Shown: positions 29,739-42,837 of the stretch, one piece after another
Position numbering within the stretch: the first letter of the stretch is position 1
Layout: the number at the start of each line of letters is the position of its first letter
Assembly: GCA_002269645.1 (NCBI GenBank)
Contig: NIVC01001402.1
Location: 124,001-188,000 of the forward strand
DNA length: 64,000 nucleotides
Reading direction: 5' to 3'
DNA from: Macrostomum lignano
Lineage: Eukaryota
Program-made: the position numbers and the translations under genes
Notes under the pieces: generated by a model
What the model saw: the letters and a program-made list of their open reading frames with translations, nothing else
What the model was told of the DNA's origin: nothing
The model's database searches: none

Positions 29739-32700
29739 TTCAGAGACTGAGTGGTACAAAGAGGCAATGAAGGGAGCTAGGGGCCATCGCACAAAACATT
29801 ATCGCTAAGGATTGCTCACGGTGCCCTTTAAATCGATATCTGATCAAGAGCTTCCGCTGAGCAGCTCTCCAAAAAGCTGATGAGGAAGTAATTGACACAT
29901 TAAGGCTTCGCACCTGGCTCTAGAAGCAAATTTTCCCACTCCGTGCCCAGTTAATAGTTCCAGATCCCATCCTGACAGCTAGCGTGCCGCCTCAAAGAGA
30001 CTTAAGACGGGCAGAAAATGTCTTCTGATGTGGCCGCAAGGGTTTGCCCCGGCCGCGAGTCCCGCCTGCAGCAGGCCCGAAGAAGTGCGAATTCCCGGCA
30101 AAATTAACTCTTGTCCACTGCGCTCGGACAGAGAGAAATATAAAGGGCGCGGGGCAAAGCCGGGCCATCGATTTTGTAGCAAAAAGGAGAAAATCAATCA
30201 CTTTTTCTTATTATGGATCCTGGGGGAAATTGCTCGGGCCAGATGGTCTCCCTCTGCCTTTGGGTCCGCCGGATTCCGGGGGCCGAATGAACTATTTGAA
30301 CCAAGCGAAGTCTCAGAACTGTCCAAGCCTGTCTCAATTGCACGGTAGGGATGCCGCTTAACTCGCACTCTTATCCCAATCGCTCTGCACTTTCAGGGGC
30401 TCTGAGGAGCAGCTGATGCTGGAGAATGCCGGTCCGAGTACTGCACTGCCTGGCGGCATTACAAGAGCGTCTAAAGCCGATTTGTAAAATGACTCTTAAG
30501 CCGAACTCCCCCTGCTTGTCCGTTTCTGTCTATCCGCTAGTCTGTCTATCCGCTAGTCTATTATCTATTCGCCTATCTGTGCTCTGCAGTTCCGTCAGGC
30601 TGTCCCCAACTGCTCTTTCACTGAATGCGCCCGGAGCGACTTGCCAATGCGCGGCAGGCTCAGAGCTGTCTGAAGATCGATGCTGATCAAAAATACACAT
30701 GAATCCTTCTTTGCGCAGAGCTGCACTCAAAACTGTCGCTTTCTGTTTGAGCTCAGCGTCCTTAAGGACGGCGACGTGCCCGTCTTTGTGCTGCCGTTCT
30801 GCAAGAAGCTCTTGGACGGGAACTTTTAAGAGCCATTCGATCGCTGGGCCTCTAATTAAAGCTCGGCACAGCGGGGGAATCAAACTCGAAATCGCAGGAA
30901 GGAGGGCGTTGATGGCGGCGGTGGGGTTGGGGAAGGTGGCGGGATTCTGGGCGGAGGGTTGGTGGACGCATCAAGGGAGCGCTGAAAGCCGCTCTTGAGG
31001 TCCTTAATTAAGCCAGCGTAATTCAATTAATGTCTTTTGGAAATAGTTTTGCAAGCTCGCTGATGGAGGCGGCAACACGCAAATCGCAAGCTGCGACCGC
31101 TGCCTGCGCGCATCAGGCCAGCACTGCGGGCTCCGGGTTCAGATCTTCCCCCACCCCCCAGCTTATCAAGATAATGCCAGAGAGACAGGGGCGACGCAGC
31201 CTCAGAAGCCTGAAGCGAGCGCAGCGTCAGTTCAGCGATCGATCTGCCATCGAGTCGGGGCAGAGCTGCAGACTTTCACAAACAGCTGCACAAGAAATCG
31301 CAGATTCAATAGTTGGAAGTTGAAAAATGCCGCGGCAGAGAAATGCATCTGAAGTCACTAAACTGATGGGGATTACTTGGTTGCGTGGCATCTCCACTAA
31401 GCGCGTGCACGTTTTTCAGTAGATCCGGGTTTTGATTGGCGAACCAAGTACATTGACCTTTGAAGGATGCAGCATGCAAGATCATTTACTAAATACTGCA
31501 GCAAGCAAAGCCCATGAGAGTCCAATTAGTAAATAAAATGCACTGCATTCACAGGCCCATCGGATACCGCAACGCCTGTCTGGCTGCAGGACCTTTCGCA
31601 GCTTCCGGCGCTCTCCCGCATGCGGCCCCATCCGCCCCAGGCAGTTTCTCTTCCCGCGTCTCAAATTTCCAGGACCATCAAAGCCGGGAGAGGGCAGTTG
31701 ACCCGCAGTTTCTTGCTTTATAAAAAGTGACTCTTTGGCGGGGGCGGCTCTTAATTAGCCGAATCTGAGAGCAAGGCCAGAGGGGCGGAGGCCTGGACAG
31801 GCGGGACAGGAAAGTACACAGGGGCTCGGGGCTCCGTTAAGGCCAGGTTTCCGTACGTAGGAGGGCGAAGCAGCACTGCCGTGAGGCGAGGAGCGCCTTC
31901 ATTGGCGTTTCTCGCTACAGGTACGCCATGTGCATGATGAGAACGGTGCCATCAGTATTTTTATTATGCCACTTCGCTCACAATTCCATACTGCAGCCTC
32001 GAATGTCAAAAACAATAACAACTTTAAGCACAGCCTGTCAGCTGAGCCAGTGAAAAGTTTCTGCTCCCCAAAAGACCGTTGCGAAGTTTTCAAGGCCGGC
32101 ACGCGAGCCTTCAAGTTGAGCCTTCGCGGGCCTCCACAGCTGCTCTTCACCGTTCCGCACCAGGAGAAGCAGTTCGTTATTTTAATCCGGACGAGTTGCT
32201 TCTCAAGCAGGTCGCCGAGTTAAAAGCAGCTCAAAATCCGACCGCGAGCCGGCCCGGTTGGCAAAACTCGGCGCGTCGGCGGCAAAGGCACGCGACTTGG
32301 GGCGGCTGTCGGTTTCTAAGCCGGGCAATTAAAGGCAGATAGAAGCGGCCCGGCGCGGACGAGAGAGGAGGGATAGGGGATTTCGCTACCTGAGCCGCGC
32401 TCGGCCGGGCGCGAAATCGAATGCCAGAGTGGGGGGGGGGAGCAAAGCTGAACGAAGGTGCAAGGAGTTGAATTGAGTTCAGTCCGGATGACTGAAGGAC
32501 TATTGTGCTGCTGATCTTTGAGGCATCAGAGAGTTGCTTTGAGGCCAGCAGGTCTACAAGTGTATTTCATCACTGAATTTATCGCTGATTCAACATAAAA
32601 AAGTTCAAAGGCCAAGTTCACTTTTTTCAGGGTCCACCGCCGCTGGGTCATAAAGGTAAAGATAGGCTTTATTGCTTGTACATAAAATACGCTCACACGT

Positions 32701-33227
32701 CCAGATCACTTGGTTCAAACTGCGACAAGACCGCAGTGACAGTAATGACTCATTACTATTTCCAGCTCACCAGTTCAAGGCTTTAATCATTGCGCACTCA
32801 AGCTGACCCGAGCACGCGGGCCTCATAATTCAAATATTTGTTTTCATCGCAGTACAAGTAGCTGGTGAAATGAAAAGTTCCTAACAGCCCTCGGTTTGCG
32901 CCGCTCAGCCCGCACAATTTCACAAGCTTTTCTACTTAGCTGCCGCTCAACTCGAGCATGAGGGCCGACGGGCCCCGCAATAAATCTGCGATCGAGCACG
33001 CGGGAATATCGATTTCGGCTCTGGCCGCCGCGACCAGTCAGGCGTGAGGGGGCGGCCCGGCCAGCAGCGCGGCATTGATCAGCCAGCCTGCTGCCATCAA
33101 TTCGCTGTCAGTTCGGCCAGGGCCCGCGGCCTCATGTTACTGAGGGCTCACCGTCAGTTCGTACCGAATATCCGCTGCAGTTTTGGCGTCATCGAAACAT
33201 TCCTGATTCTCTTTTCCGGTCGCTCCC

Positions 33228-33605
33228 ACCACTCAATTCGGGGCGCTCCCGTCACTCGATTCGGGGCGCTCCCGTCACTACGAGCGTAGATTCAGGGCGC
33301 CCCCGCGCACTGGCCAATCGATTCGGGGCGCTCCCGCCACTCGATTCGGGACGCTTCCGCCACTCGATTCGGGGCGCTTCCGCCACTCGATTCGGGGCGC
33401 TTCCGCCACTCGATTTAAGGGGCGCTTCCGCCACTCGATTTAAGGGGCGCTTCCGCCACTCGATTTAAGGGGCGCTTTCGCCACTCGATTTAAGGGGCGC
33501 TTTCGCCACTCGATTTAAGGGGCGCTTCCGCCACTCGATTTAAGGGGCGCTTCCGCCACTCGATTTAAGGGGCGCTTTCGCCACTCGATTTAAGGGGCGC
33601 TTTCG
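33228..33605. repeat. 24-25-bp minisatellite (CCACTCGATTTAAGGGGCGCTTCCG)
   Basis: Period 33431 to 33456 = 25; degenerate copies at the left end. Confidence 0.9.
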
Positions 33606-33928
33606 GCTCCTGCATCTTGCATTTTATTTTTCGACTTTATGACCAAAAAGAGAGATGACCTGAAGACAGACTTGCACGAATTTTGCATTTTTTATGTCTC
33701 AATTTTCCAGGCCAGGTTGCCACAGTTACTCAAAGTTGGCCTCAAAGCAAGGCTGGCAAAGTGCAGCAATTCAATCCAGTGAAAATAAGAGTGCAAATAC
33801 AAATACTTGGCAGCCTGTCAGCGCGAATTCGCATCAAAGAAAGCTGTGCAGTCAATGAAACACAGCAAAGCAGATTTCAGCCAGTTTATTTGATTTTCAT
33901 TGCCGGATACAAGCAGCTGCTGAATGCG

Positions 33929-36900
33929 TCAGATGCCGCTGGCAAACTCGGACAGCCTGTCCACGGCAGCGCCTCCCGTCCGAACCCGACGTCCGGCCGA
34001 AACCTTCGAAGTTCTCCGCTCAGTCTTGGCGGACGCGGCCGCAGCCTCCGCCGCCTCCGGGTGCCGCCGCCGGCGGGCGTTGGCGGCGATGACGCCGGGC
34101 GGGTCGGCCAGGCAGAAGCTGGAGGCCAGATGGCCCAGGTGCGGCATGGGCAGGGCAGCGCGGAGGTCCCCTGCGAAGGTGGCGCGGGCCCGCACGGTGG
34201 ACACGAAAGCGTCCTCAGCCAGCGCCCGGAGCTGCTCGGTGTCAGCCACCAGCTGGGTGAGCTGGCCGAAGTTTTCCGGACAGCAGCGGGCCATCAGGCG
34301 GCCCGCTGGCACCGGGGCAAAGCGGAGACCACGGCCGGGGCTGTCCGGGGCTGTCAGCAGGCGCAGATAGGGCGCCACCTCGGCGGAGTCCAGCAGGAGG
34401 AGGCAGCGGCCCGGCCGGCCGAGGCGAGCGGTGCGGCCGGCGCGGTGGCAGTAGAGCTGCGGCTCGCCGGGGCCCTGGATGACCCAGGAGAGGCGGCTCA
34501 AGTCCAGGCCGCGGGCGCTGACGTCGGTGGTGACAAGGAGGCCGGAGCCGCCGCGGCTGGCGAACTCGCGGAAGGCCCTGATGCGGTCCGCGTGCGCCAG
34601 GTTGCCATGGAGACGGCACAGCGGCACGGAGTCGGAGAGCAGAGCGGACAGCAGGCCGTGGTGAAAGTCTACGGAAGCCTGGGGATATTGAGGCGTGAAT
34701 GGAAACGAAAGCTCATCTTCACGGAAGCAGCGATGGAGATAGACAGAGTGGAGAACTTATATTAGAAGCACAATAGACGGAGTAGTAAGATTACAGAAAT
34801 TTGATGACTGCGAAGAGGGAGAGTTAGGGTTAGGGTTAGGTTGACAGACTGACACGGACAGACTGACAGGTGGACAGACTGACAGGTGGACAGACTGACA
34901 GGTGGACAGACTGAGAGGTGGACAGACTGACAGGTGGACAGACTGACAGGTGGACAGACTGACAGGTGGACAGACTGACACAGACAGACTGACAGGTGGA
35001 CAGACTGACAGGTAGACAGACTGACAGGTGGACAGACTGACAGGTGGACAGACTGACACAGACAGACTGACAGGTGGACAGACTGACAGGTGGACAGACT
35101 GACAGGTGGACAGACTGACAGGTGGACAGACTGACAGGTGGACAGACTGACAGGCGGAAAGACTGACACAGACATACAGCCAGAAAGACATCAGGCAGGC
35201 AGTCAGACCTGGGTAGGCAGGAACAGGGCGGCCTTGTGTCCGGCGGCCAGGGCGGGCCGCAGGGCGGACAGCAGGGCGCGCAGCCGCATGCGGGTGGGGG
35301 CGGCCAGCACAAAGTGCTGCACGCTGGCCGGCAGGGCGGCTTCTTCGGAGACGCAGCTGGGCTGGCTGAGCGCCAGGCCGGCCAGCCTCTCAGTTCCATC
35401 AGTGAGGGTGGCCGAGCACAGCAGGGTCTGTGGGCGGCGGCCGCAGGCGCAGACGGCCTCAACGATGCGCCGGACGTCGCGCTCGAAGCCGAGCTCGGCC
35501 AGGCGGTCTGCCTCGTCGATGATGAGCATCCGGATGCCGGAGCCCAGGTGCAGCCGGCTGCTCCGCTCCAGGTGGTCCAACAGGCGGCGCGGTGTGGCCA
35601 CCAGGATGTTGAGACCGCGGCGCAGCGACGCCTTCTGCGACTTGCGCTTCACCCCGCCGACCAGCTGGCCGCTGACGATACGGACGAAGGGGCGGAGCAG
35701 CTGCTGCAGCAAGCTGTGGCTCTGCTCTGCCAGCTCGTGTGTGGGGCACAGCACCAGCGCCTGCGTGCCCGAGCTGCGGCTCAGCGGCGGCTGCACCGCC
35801 TGCAGCTGCTGCACCAGCGGGAGCAGAAGGGCGAGAGACTTGCCTGCGACGGAGAGGGGGGGCAATAAAAGCCGTGAGTGCTACGCACAATGCATCAGGA
35901 TAGTGGGGCTGTGCTGAATGCATCATGGCTGTGCTGAATGTGTCATGGCTGTGCTGAATGCACCATGGCTGTGCTGAATGTGTCATGGCTGTGCTGAATG
36001 CATCATGGCTGTGCTGAATGCACCATGGCTGTGCTGAATGCATCATGGCTGTGCTGAATGCATCATGGCTGTGCTGAATGCATCATGGCTGTGCTGAATG
36101 CATCATGGCTGTGCTGAATGCATCATGGCTGTGCTGAATGCATCATGGCTGTGCTGAATGCATCATGGCTGTGCTGAATGCATCATGGCTGTGCTGAATG
36201 CACCATGGCTGTGCTGAATGCACCATGGCTGTGCTGAATGCACCATGGCTGTGCTGAATGCATCATGGCTGTGCTGAATGCACCATGGCTGTGCTAAATG
36301 CATCATGGCTGTGCTGAATGCACCATGGCTGTGCTGAATGCATCATGGCTGTGCTGAATGCACCATGGCTGTGCTGAATGTGTCATGGCTGTGCTGAATG
36401 CACCATGGCTGTGCTGAATGTGTCATGGCTGTGCTGAATGCATCATGGCTGTGCTAAATGCATCATGGCTGTGCTGAATGCATCATGGCTGTGCTGAATG
36501 CATCATGGCTGTGCTGAATGTGTCATGGCTGTGCTGAATGCACCATGGCTGTGCTGAATGCACCATGGCTGTGCTGAATGCATCATGGCTGTGCTGAATG
36601 CACCATGGCTGTGCTGAATGCATCATGGCTGTGCTGAATGCATCATGGCTGTGCTAAATGCATCATGGCTGTGCTGAATGCACCATGGCTGTGCTGAATG
36701 TGTCATGGCTGTGCTGAATGCATCATGGCTGTGCTAAATGCATCATGGCTGTGCTGAATGCATCATGGCTGTGCTGAATGCACCATGGCTGTGCTGAATG
36801 TGTCATGGCTGTGCTGAATGCATCATGGCTGTGCTGAATGTGTCATGGCTGTGCTGAATGCATCATGGCTGTGCTAAATGCACCATGGCTGTGCTGAATG

Positions 36901-39834
36901 CATCATGGCTGTGCTGAATGCATCATGGCTGTGCTGAATGTGTCATGGCTGTGCTGAATGCACCATGGCTGTGCTGAATGCATCATGGCTGTGCTGAATG
37001 CACCATGGCTGTGCTGAATGCACCATGGCTGTGCTGAATGCACCATGGCTGTGCTGAATGCATCATGGCTGTGCTGAATGCACCATGGCTGTGCTAAATG
37101 CATCATGGCTGTGCTGAATGCACCATGGCTGTGCTGAATGCATCATGGCTGTGCTGAATGCACCATGGCTGTGCTGAATGTGTCATGGCTGTGCTGAATG
37201 CACCATGGCTGTGCTGAATGTGTCATGGCTGTGCTGAATGCATCATGGCTGTGCTAAATGCATCATGGCTGTGCTGAATGCATCATGGCTGTGCTGAATG
37301 CATCATGGCTGTGCTGAATGTGTCATGGCTGTGCTGAATGCACCATGGCTGTGCTGAATGCACCATGGCTGTGCTGAATGCATCATGGCTGTGCTGAATG
37401 CACCATGGCTGTGCTGAATGCATCATGGCTGTGCTGAATGCATCATGGCTGTGCTAAATGCATCATGGCTGTGCTGAATGCACCATGGCTGTGCTGAATG
37501 TGTCATGGCTGTGCTGAATGCATCATGGCTGTGCTAAATGCATCATGGCTGTGCTGAATGCATCATGGCTGTGCTGAATGCACCATGGCTGTGCTGAATG
37601 TGTCATGGCTGTGCTGAATGCATCATGGCTGTGCTGAATGTGTCATGGCTGTGCTGAATGCATCATGGCTGTGCTAAATGCATCATGGCTGTGCTGAATG
37701 CATCATGGCTGTGCTGAATGCACCATGGCTGTGCTGAATGTGTCATGGCTGTGCTGAATGCACCATGGCTGTGCTGAATGCACCATGGCTGTGCTGAATG
37801 TGTCATGGCTGTGCTGAATGCATCATGGCTGTGCTAAATGCATCATGGCTGTGCTGAATGCATCATGGCTGTGCTGAATGCATCATGGCTGTGCTGAATG
37901 CATCATGGCTGTGCTGAATGCATCATGGCTGTGCTGAATGCACCATGGCTGTGCTGAATGCACCATGGCTGTGCTGAATGCACCATGGCTGTGCTGAATG
38001 CACCATGGCTGTGCTGAATGCACCATGGCTGTGCTGAATGCACCATGGCTGTGCTGAATGTGTCATGGCTGTGCTGAATGCATCATGGCTGTGCTAAATG
38101 CATCATGGCTGTGCTGAATGCACCATGGCTGTGCTGAATGCACCATGGCTGTGCTGAATGTGTCATGGCTGTGCTGAATGCATCATGGCTGTGCTAAATG
38201 CATCATGGCTGTGCTGAATGCATCATGGCTGTGCTGAATGCATCATGGCTGTGCTGAATGTGTCATGGCTGTGCTGAATGCACCATGGCTGTGCTGAATG
38301 CACCATGGCTGTGCTGAATGCATCATGGCTGTGCTGAATGCACCATGGCTGTGCTGAATGCATCATAGCTGTGCTGAATGCATCATGGCTGTGCTAAATG
38401 CATCATGGCTGTGCTGAATGCACCATGGCTGTGCTGAATGCACCATGGCTGTGCTGAATGTGTCATGGCTGTGCTGAATGTGTCATGGCTGTGCTGAATG
38501 CACCATGGCTGTGCTGAATGCATCATGGCTGTGCTGAATGCATCATGGCTGTGCTGAATGCGTCATGGCTGTGCTGAATGCATCATGGCTGTGCTGAATG
38601 CATCATGGCTGTGCTGAATGTGTCATGGCTGTGCTGAATGCATCATGGCTGTGCTGAATGTGTCATGGCTGTGCTGAATGCATCATGGCTGTGCTGAATG
38701 TGTCATGGCTGTGCTGAATGCATCATGGCTGTGCTGAATGCATCATGGCTGTGCTGAATGTGTCATGGCTGTGCTGAATGCATCATGGCTGTGCTGAATG
38801 TGTCATGGCTGTGCTGAATGCATCATGGCTGTGCTGAATGTGTCATGGCTGTGCTGAATGCATCATGGCTGTGCTGAATGCATCATGGCTGTGCTGAATG
38901 CATCATGGCTGTGCTAAATGCATCATGGCTGTGCTGAATGCATCATGGCTGTGCTGAATGCATCATGGCTGTGCTGAATGTGTCATGGCTGTGCTGAATG
39001 CATCATGGCTGTGCTGAATGCATCATGGCTGTGCTAAATGCATCATGGCTGTGCTGAATGCATCATGGCTGTGCTGAATGCATCATGGCTGTGCTGAATG
39101 CATCATGGCTGTGCTGAATGCATCATGGCTGTGCTGAATGCATCATGGCTGTGCTGAATGCGTCATGGCTGTGCTGAATGCATCATGGCTGTGCTAAATG
39201 CATCATGGCTGTGCTGAATGCATCATGGCTGTGCTGAATGCATCATGGCTGTGCTGAATGCACGATGGCTGTAGGGCTGTGCTGAATTCTCAATGCGCAC
39301 TGAGCTGTTCTGAGTACATCAGTTCTACTGAGCTTATCAGCAGGACTCACCTGAGCCAGTCTGAGTCTTGATGAGCACATCTTTGCCAGCCAGCACCAGC
39401 GGCAGAGTCTCAGCCTGCACTTTGGTGAAATACTCGAGACCCAGCTTCTCGGTGAGCAGAGACACCTGGGAGTGCACCGGCATTAGCTATGGTAAATCTT
39501 ATGATAAGCGAATGGCAATGGTGATAATCCTCAATAAATGCTAATGATGCTCAGCGCTGACTTACCAGGTAGGGGTGAATATCCTTGCAATCTTTGATTG
39601 CCAGCCCGCTGAACACATTCTGCATCTCCGCGGTTCGAGTCTCCATGTCCAGCTGCTCCTGGAAGCTGAATGGGGAATCGACGGCCTCTGGCTCAATGCC
39701 AAACTACTGTGATGAATTGGGAAACATGCGCACAGGCTACTGCTGTGAGTAGACATAGCGGCTTTTAGCAGACAGCTAGAGGACAGAGAGACAGACAGAC
39801 ACTAAGACACTAAGACAGAGATAGACAGACAGGC

Positions 39835-39899
<65 letters not shown>

Positions 39900-39988
39900 G
39901 GCAGGCACTCTGGCAGGCAGACAGACAGACAGAAAGACAGACAGAAACTAAGACACTAAGACAGAGATAGACAGACAGGCAGACAGGC

Positions 39989-40037
<49 letters not shown>

Positions 40038-40128
40038 CTAAGACAGAGATAGACAGACAGACAGACACTAAGACACTAAGACAGAGATAGACAGACAGGC
40101 AGGCAGACAGACAGACAGACAGGCAGGC

Positions 40129-40168
<40 letters not shown>

Positions 40169-40218
40169 TGACAGACAGACACTAAGACACTAAGACAGAG
40201 ATAGACAGACAGGCAGGC

Positions 40219-40285
<67 letters not shown>

Positions 40286-40414
40286 AAGACAGAAAAACAT
40301 ACAGACACACAGACAGACAGACAGACAGACAGAGAGACAGACAAGCATACAGACACACAGACAGACAGACAGACAGAGAGACAGACAAGCATACAGACAG
40401 ACACACAGACACTA

Positions 40415-40459
<45 letters not shown>

Positions 40460-40484
40460 GTCAGACAGACAGGCAGGCAGATAA

Positions 40485-40537
<53 letters not shown>

Positions 40538-40580
40538 AACAGACAGACAGACAGTCAGACACACAGACAGGCAGGCAGGC

Positions 40581-40637
<57 letters not shown>

Positions 40638-40752
40638 GGCAGACAGACAGACAGACAGACACTAAGACAGACAGACCGACAGACACTAAGACAGACAGAC
40701 AGACAGACAGACAGAGAGGCAGGCAGACAGACAGACAGACCGACAGACACTA

Positions 40753-40795
<43 letters not shown>

Positions 40796-40824
40796 GAGGC
40801 AGGCAGACAGACAGACAGACACTA

Positions 40825-40857
<33 letters not shown>

Positions 40858-42837
40858 GGCAGGCAGGCAGACAGACAGACAGACATTAACATAAATACAA
40901 TCATGTCGAATTGTTTCCTGAATAATTCTCTAGCACAATTCAAGCCAGCCAGCGGCACTCACAGCTTCTCAACGTCCTTCACCTCCTGCTGAAGGCAGTC
41001 GGCCACGCTCGCCCAGTCCGGCTCCTCGGGGCCAGCAGCTGGAGTCAGCGTCTTCTGCCGATGTCGCTGCTGAGTCTGCAGCTGCTGCCGCTTCTCCCGC
41101 TGCTCCGCTGGCACCGATTTGAATTCCAAATTTCCGGCGCGAGCGGCTACGGAAGCTGGGCCCGCTGCCGCCTCATCAGTTTTGGACAGTTTCTTCCTAA
41201 TTGCGGTTCCTTTAGGAGCCTCTGGCCTGAACTTCTTTGGCGCGGGGGATTCGGTGGCCGCCGAGGCTGCAGACAGCTTGCGCTTTGCATTGTTCTGAGC
41301 AGCCTAAGGAGTTGAAAGTGCAGGCACAGGCTTCAGTCCCCTCACTGCTAAGTATTTTTGAGTGAAAGAATTCTCCACATACAAAAACAATAAAAATAAA
41401 ATTGTAATTCCATTTAACAAATGAGTTATACTTGTATTAGAAAAGGTAGGATCAACTGCATATGTCATAAAGATGATTTTACAAGTATAGTAAATGCACT
41501 TATCTCCAGTGGATTGACATTTACAAACAGATTTGAATTTTAATAAAGCCACTACAGCGTTTTGTTTACTTATGGCAAAAAGTTTTTTTACAGGCTTTAA
41601 GGTAAAGTATTGATTTTCAACTTTTTCAACACATTTTTCATTCTTTAATGTCGAGACAAGCAAAGCTTCATAGTTTTTTGCAGTTAGTAGAAACAGATGG
41701 ATAGCAAATTGTCTGTTTGTCAGACTTCCAAAATATATGACAGAGATAGGAACACACATTGTACTTTAGTTCTTTAATAAAATAAATTAATAATTGGATT
41801 TTTTCTATGAAGCAAAGAAAGCTATTGAAAGGCAATCAAACAACAGCTATATCCTTATTTTGTTTCTTTGTTTTAAGTATCCCATGTCATATGATTGCAT
41901 TTTTGGGTCATTTTTTGTATTCTATGTTGTACATCTAATGTGTTTTCAAACTTATTCCAATAAAGAATACACTGGAGATAGGAAAAAATAAAATTTTTGA
42001 ACTGATTCCATGTCAGATTCAAATATCTGACAGAACCATTTTGAATACTGAATAATACCAAATACAAATATTTCTGTCAATAATATGCCCACCTCACTAC
42101 TCATTAATCACTTGCCGGTAGTGCTTATTGATAGTTAAATGAACTCATTCTATATAAATGGCTATCAAAGCAATTATAAATATGGACTGACTTTCATTTT
42201 TCTATTTATAAGTAGAATATGGAACAAGGAAGGAACAATGAAGGAACTTAAAGGAACAATGATAAAAATCTTTATCCATAAAGACAGAAAGTTCCAACAT
42301 TTATTGCAAATTGCTTTGTTGCTGCCATTTTCTCAAAAAACTGCCATACTGCCATAATTGAAATTCTTGTCACAATGAAATTCTGACATGGAGCTTGAAA
42401 TTTATGCTTTAAAATGAATTTTTTAATATTTTTCAGATTAAAAAAATTGTGACAGAAATTTTTTCTTAGACTTTTGTGGTTTTAGTGAATCTCAAAACTT
42501 TTAGTATGCCCTTCATACTATGATGCTATATGTTTTGGTATCAGATATTTCAATAGAAAATTCAGTGTCAAATCACCTAGATACTGGGTTTTTGCTGGCA
42601 CTAAGACTAAGATGCTAGCATGCCAATAATAAAAATGTTATATGCATTAAACGTTGGTTGACCTACCTTTTCTGGTTTTTCTTTGCTTTTTGATGCCTTC
42701 TTTTCAGCTTTCCTAAGCTGTTCATCACCATTTTTAGAATTTTGATGATCCCTATTTACTTTGTCTTTGTCTTTGACTTTGGTTAGCTTTTTTGGCTTTT
42801 TTGGATCGAAGTCGACGATGTTAAGCAACAATGACAT
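33929..42837 (-). CDS. DDX31: DEAD-box RNA helicase DDX31/DBP7; exons 42837-42667, 41303-40963, (40917-40899 putative microexon), 39703-39566, 39465-39351, 35843-35209, 34678-33929
   Basis: N-terminus MSLLLNI; Q motif FTKVQ; motif I TQTGSGKS across the 39351/35843 junction; PTHELA; GG..RKSQKASLRRGLNILVATP; DEAD; SAT; LHG; TTDVSARGLD; HRAGRTAR; DBP7-type C-terminus AFVS..RARAT..HLGHLASSFCL..P. GT-AG phases checked for every junction; exon 1 and the microexon are less certain. Confidence 0.85.
34850..35170. repeat. 16-bp satellite (GACTGACAGGTGGACA) in a DDX31 intron
   Basis: Visible tandem array. Confidence 0.92.
35890..39262. repeat. 20-bp minisatellite (CATCATGGCTGTGCTGAATG and variants), about 168 copies, filling a DDX31 intron
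   Basis: Exact 20-bp period; variants CATC/CACC/TGTC and GAATG/AAATG. Confidence 0.97.
39782..40884. repeat. Degenerate (GACA)n microsatellite in a DDX31 intron
   Basis: Visible run with CTAA and GGCA interruptions. Confidence 0.95.

Noticed and set aside
30530-30883. 117-aa minus-strand ORF with protein-like composition
   Set aside because: No recognisable family, no ATG start and no clear splice boundaries.
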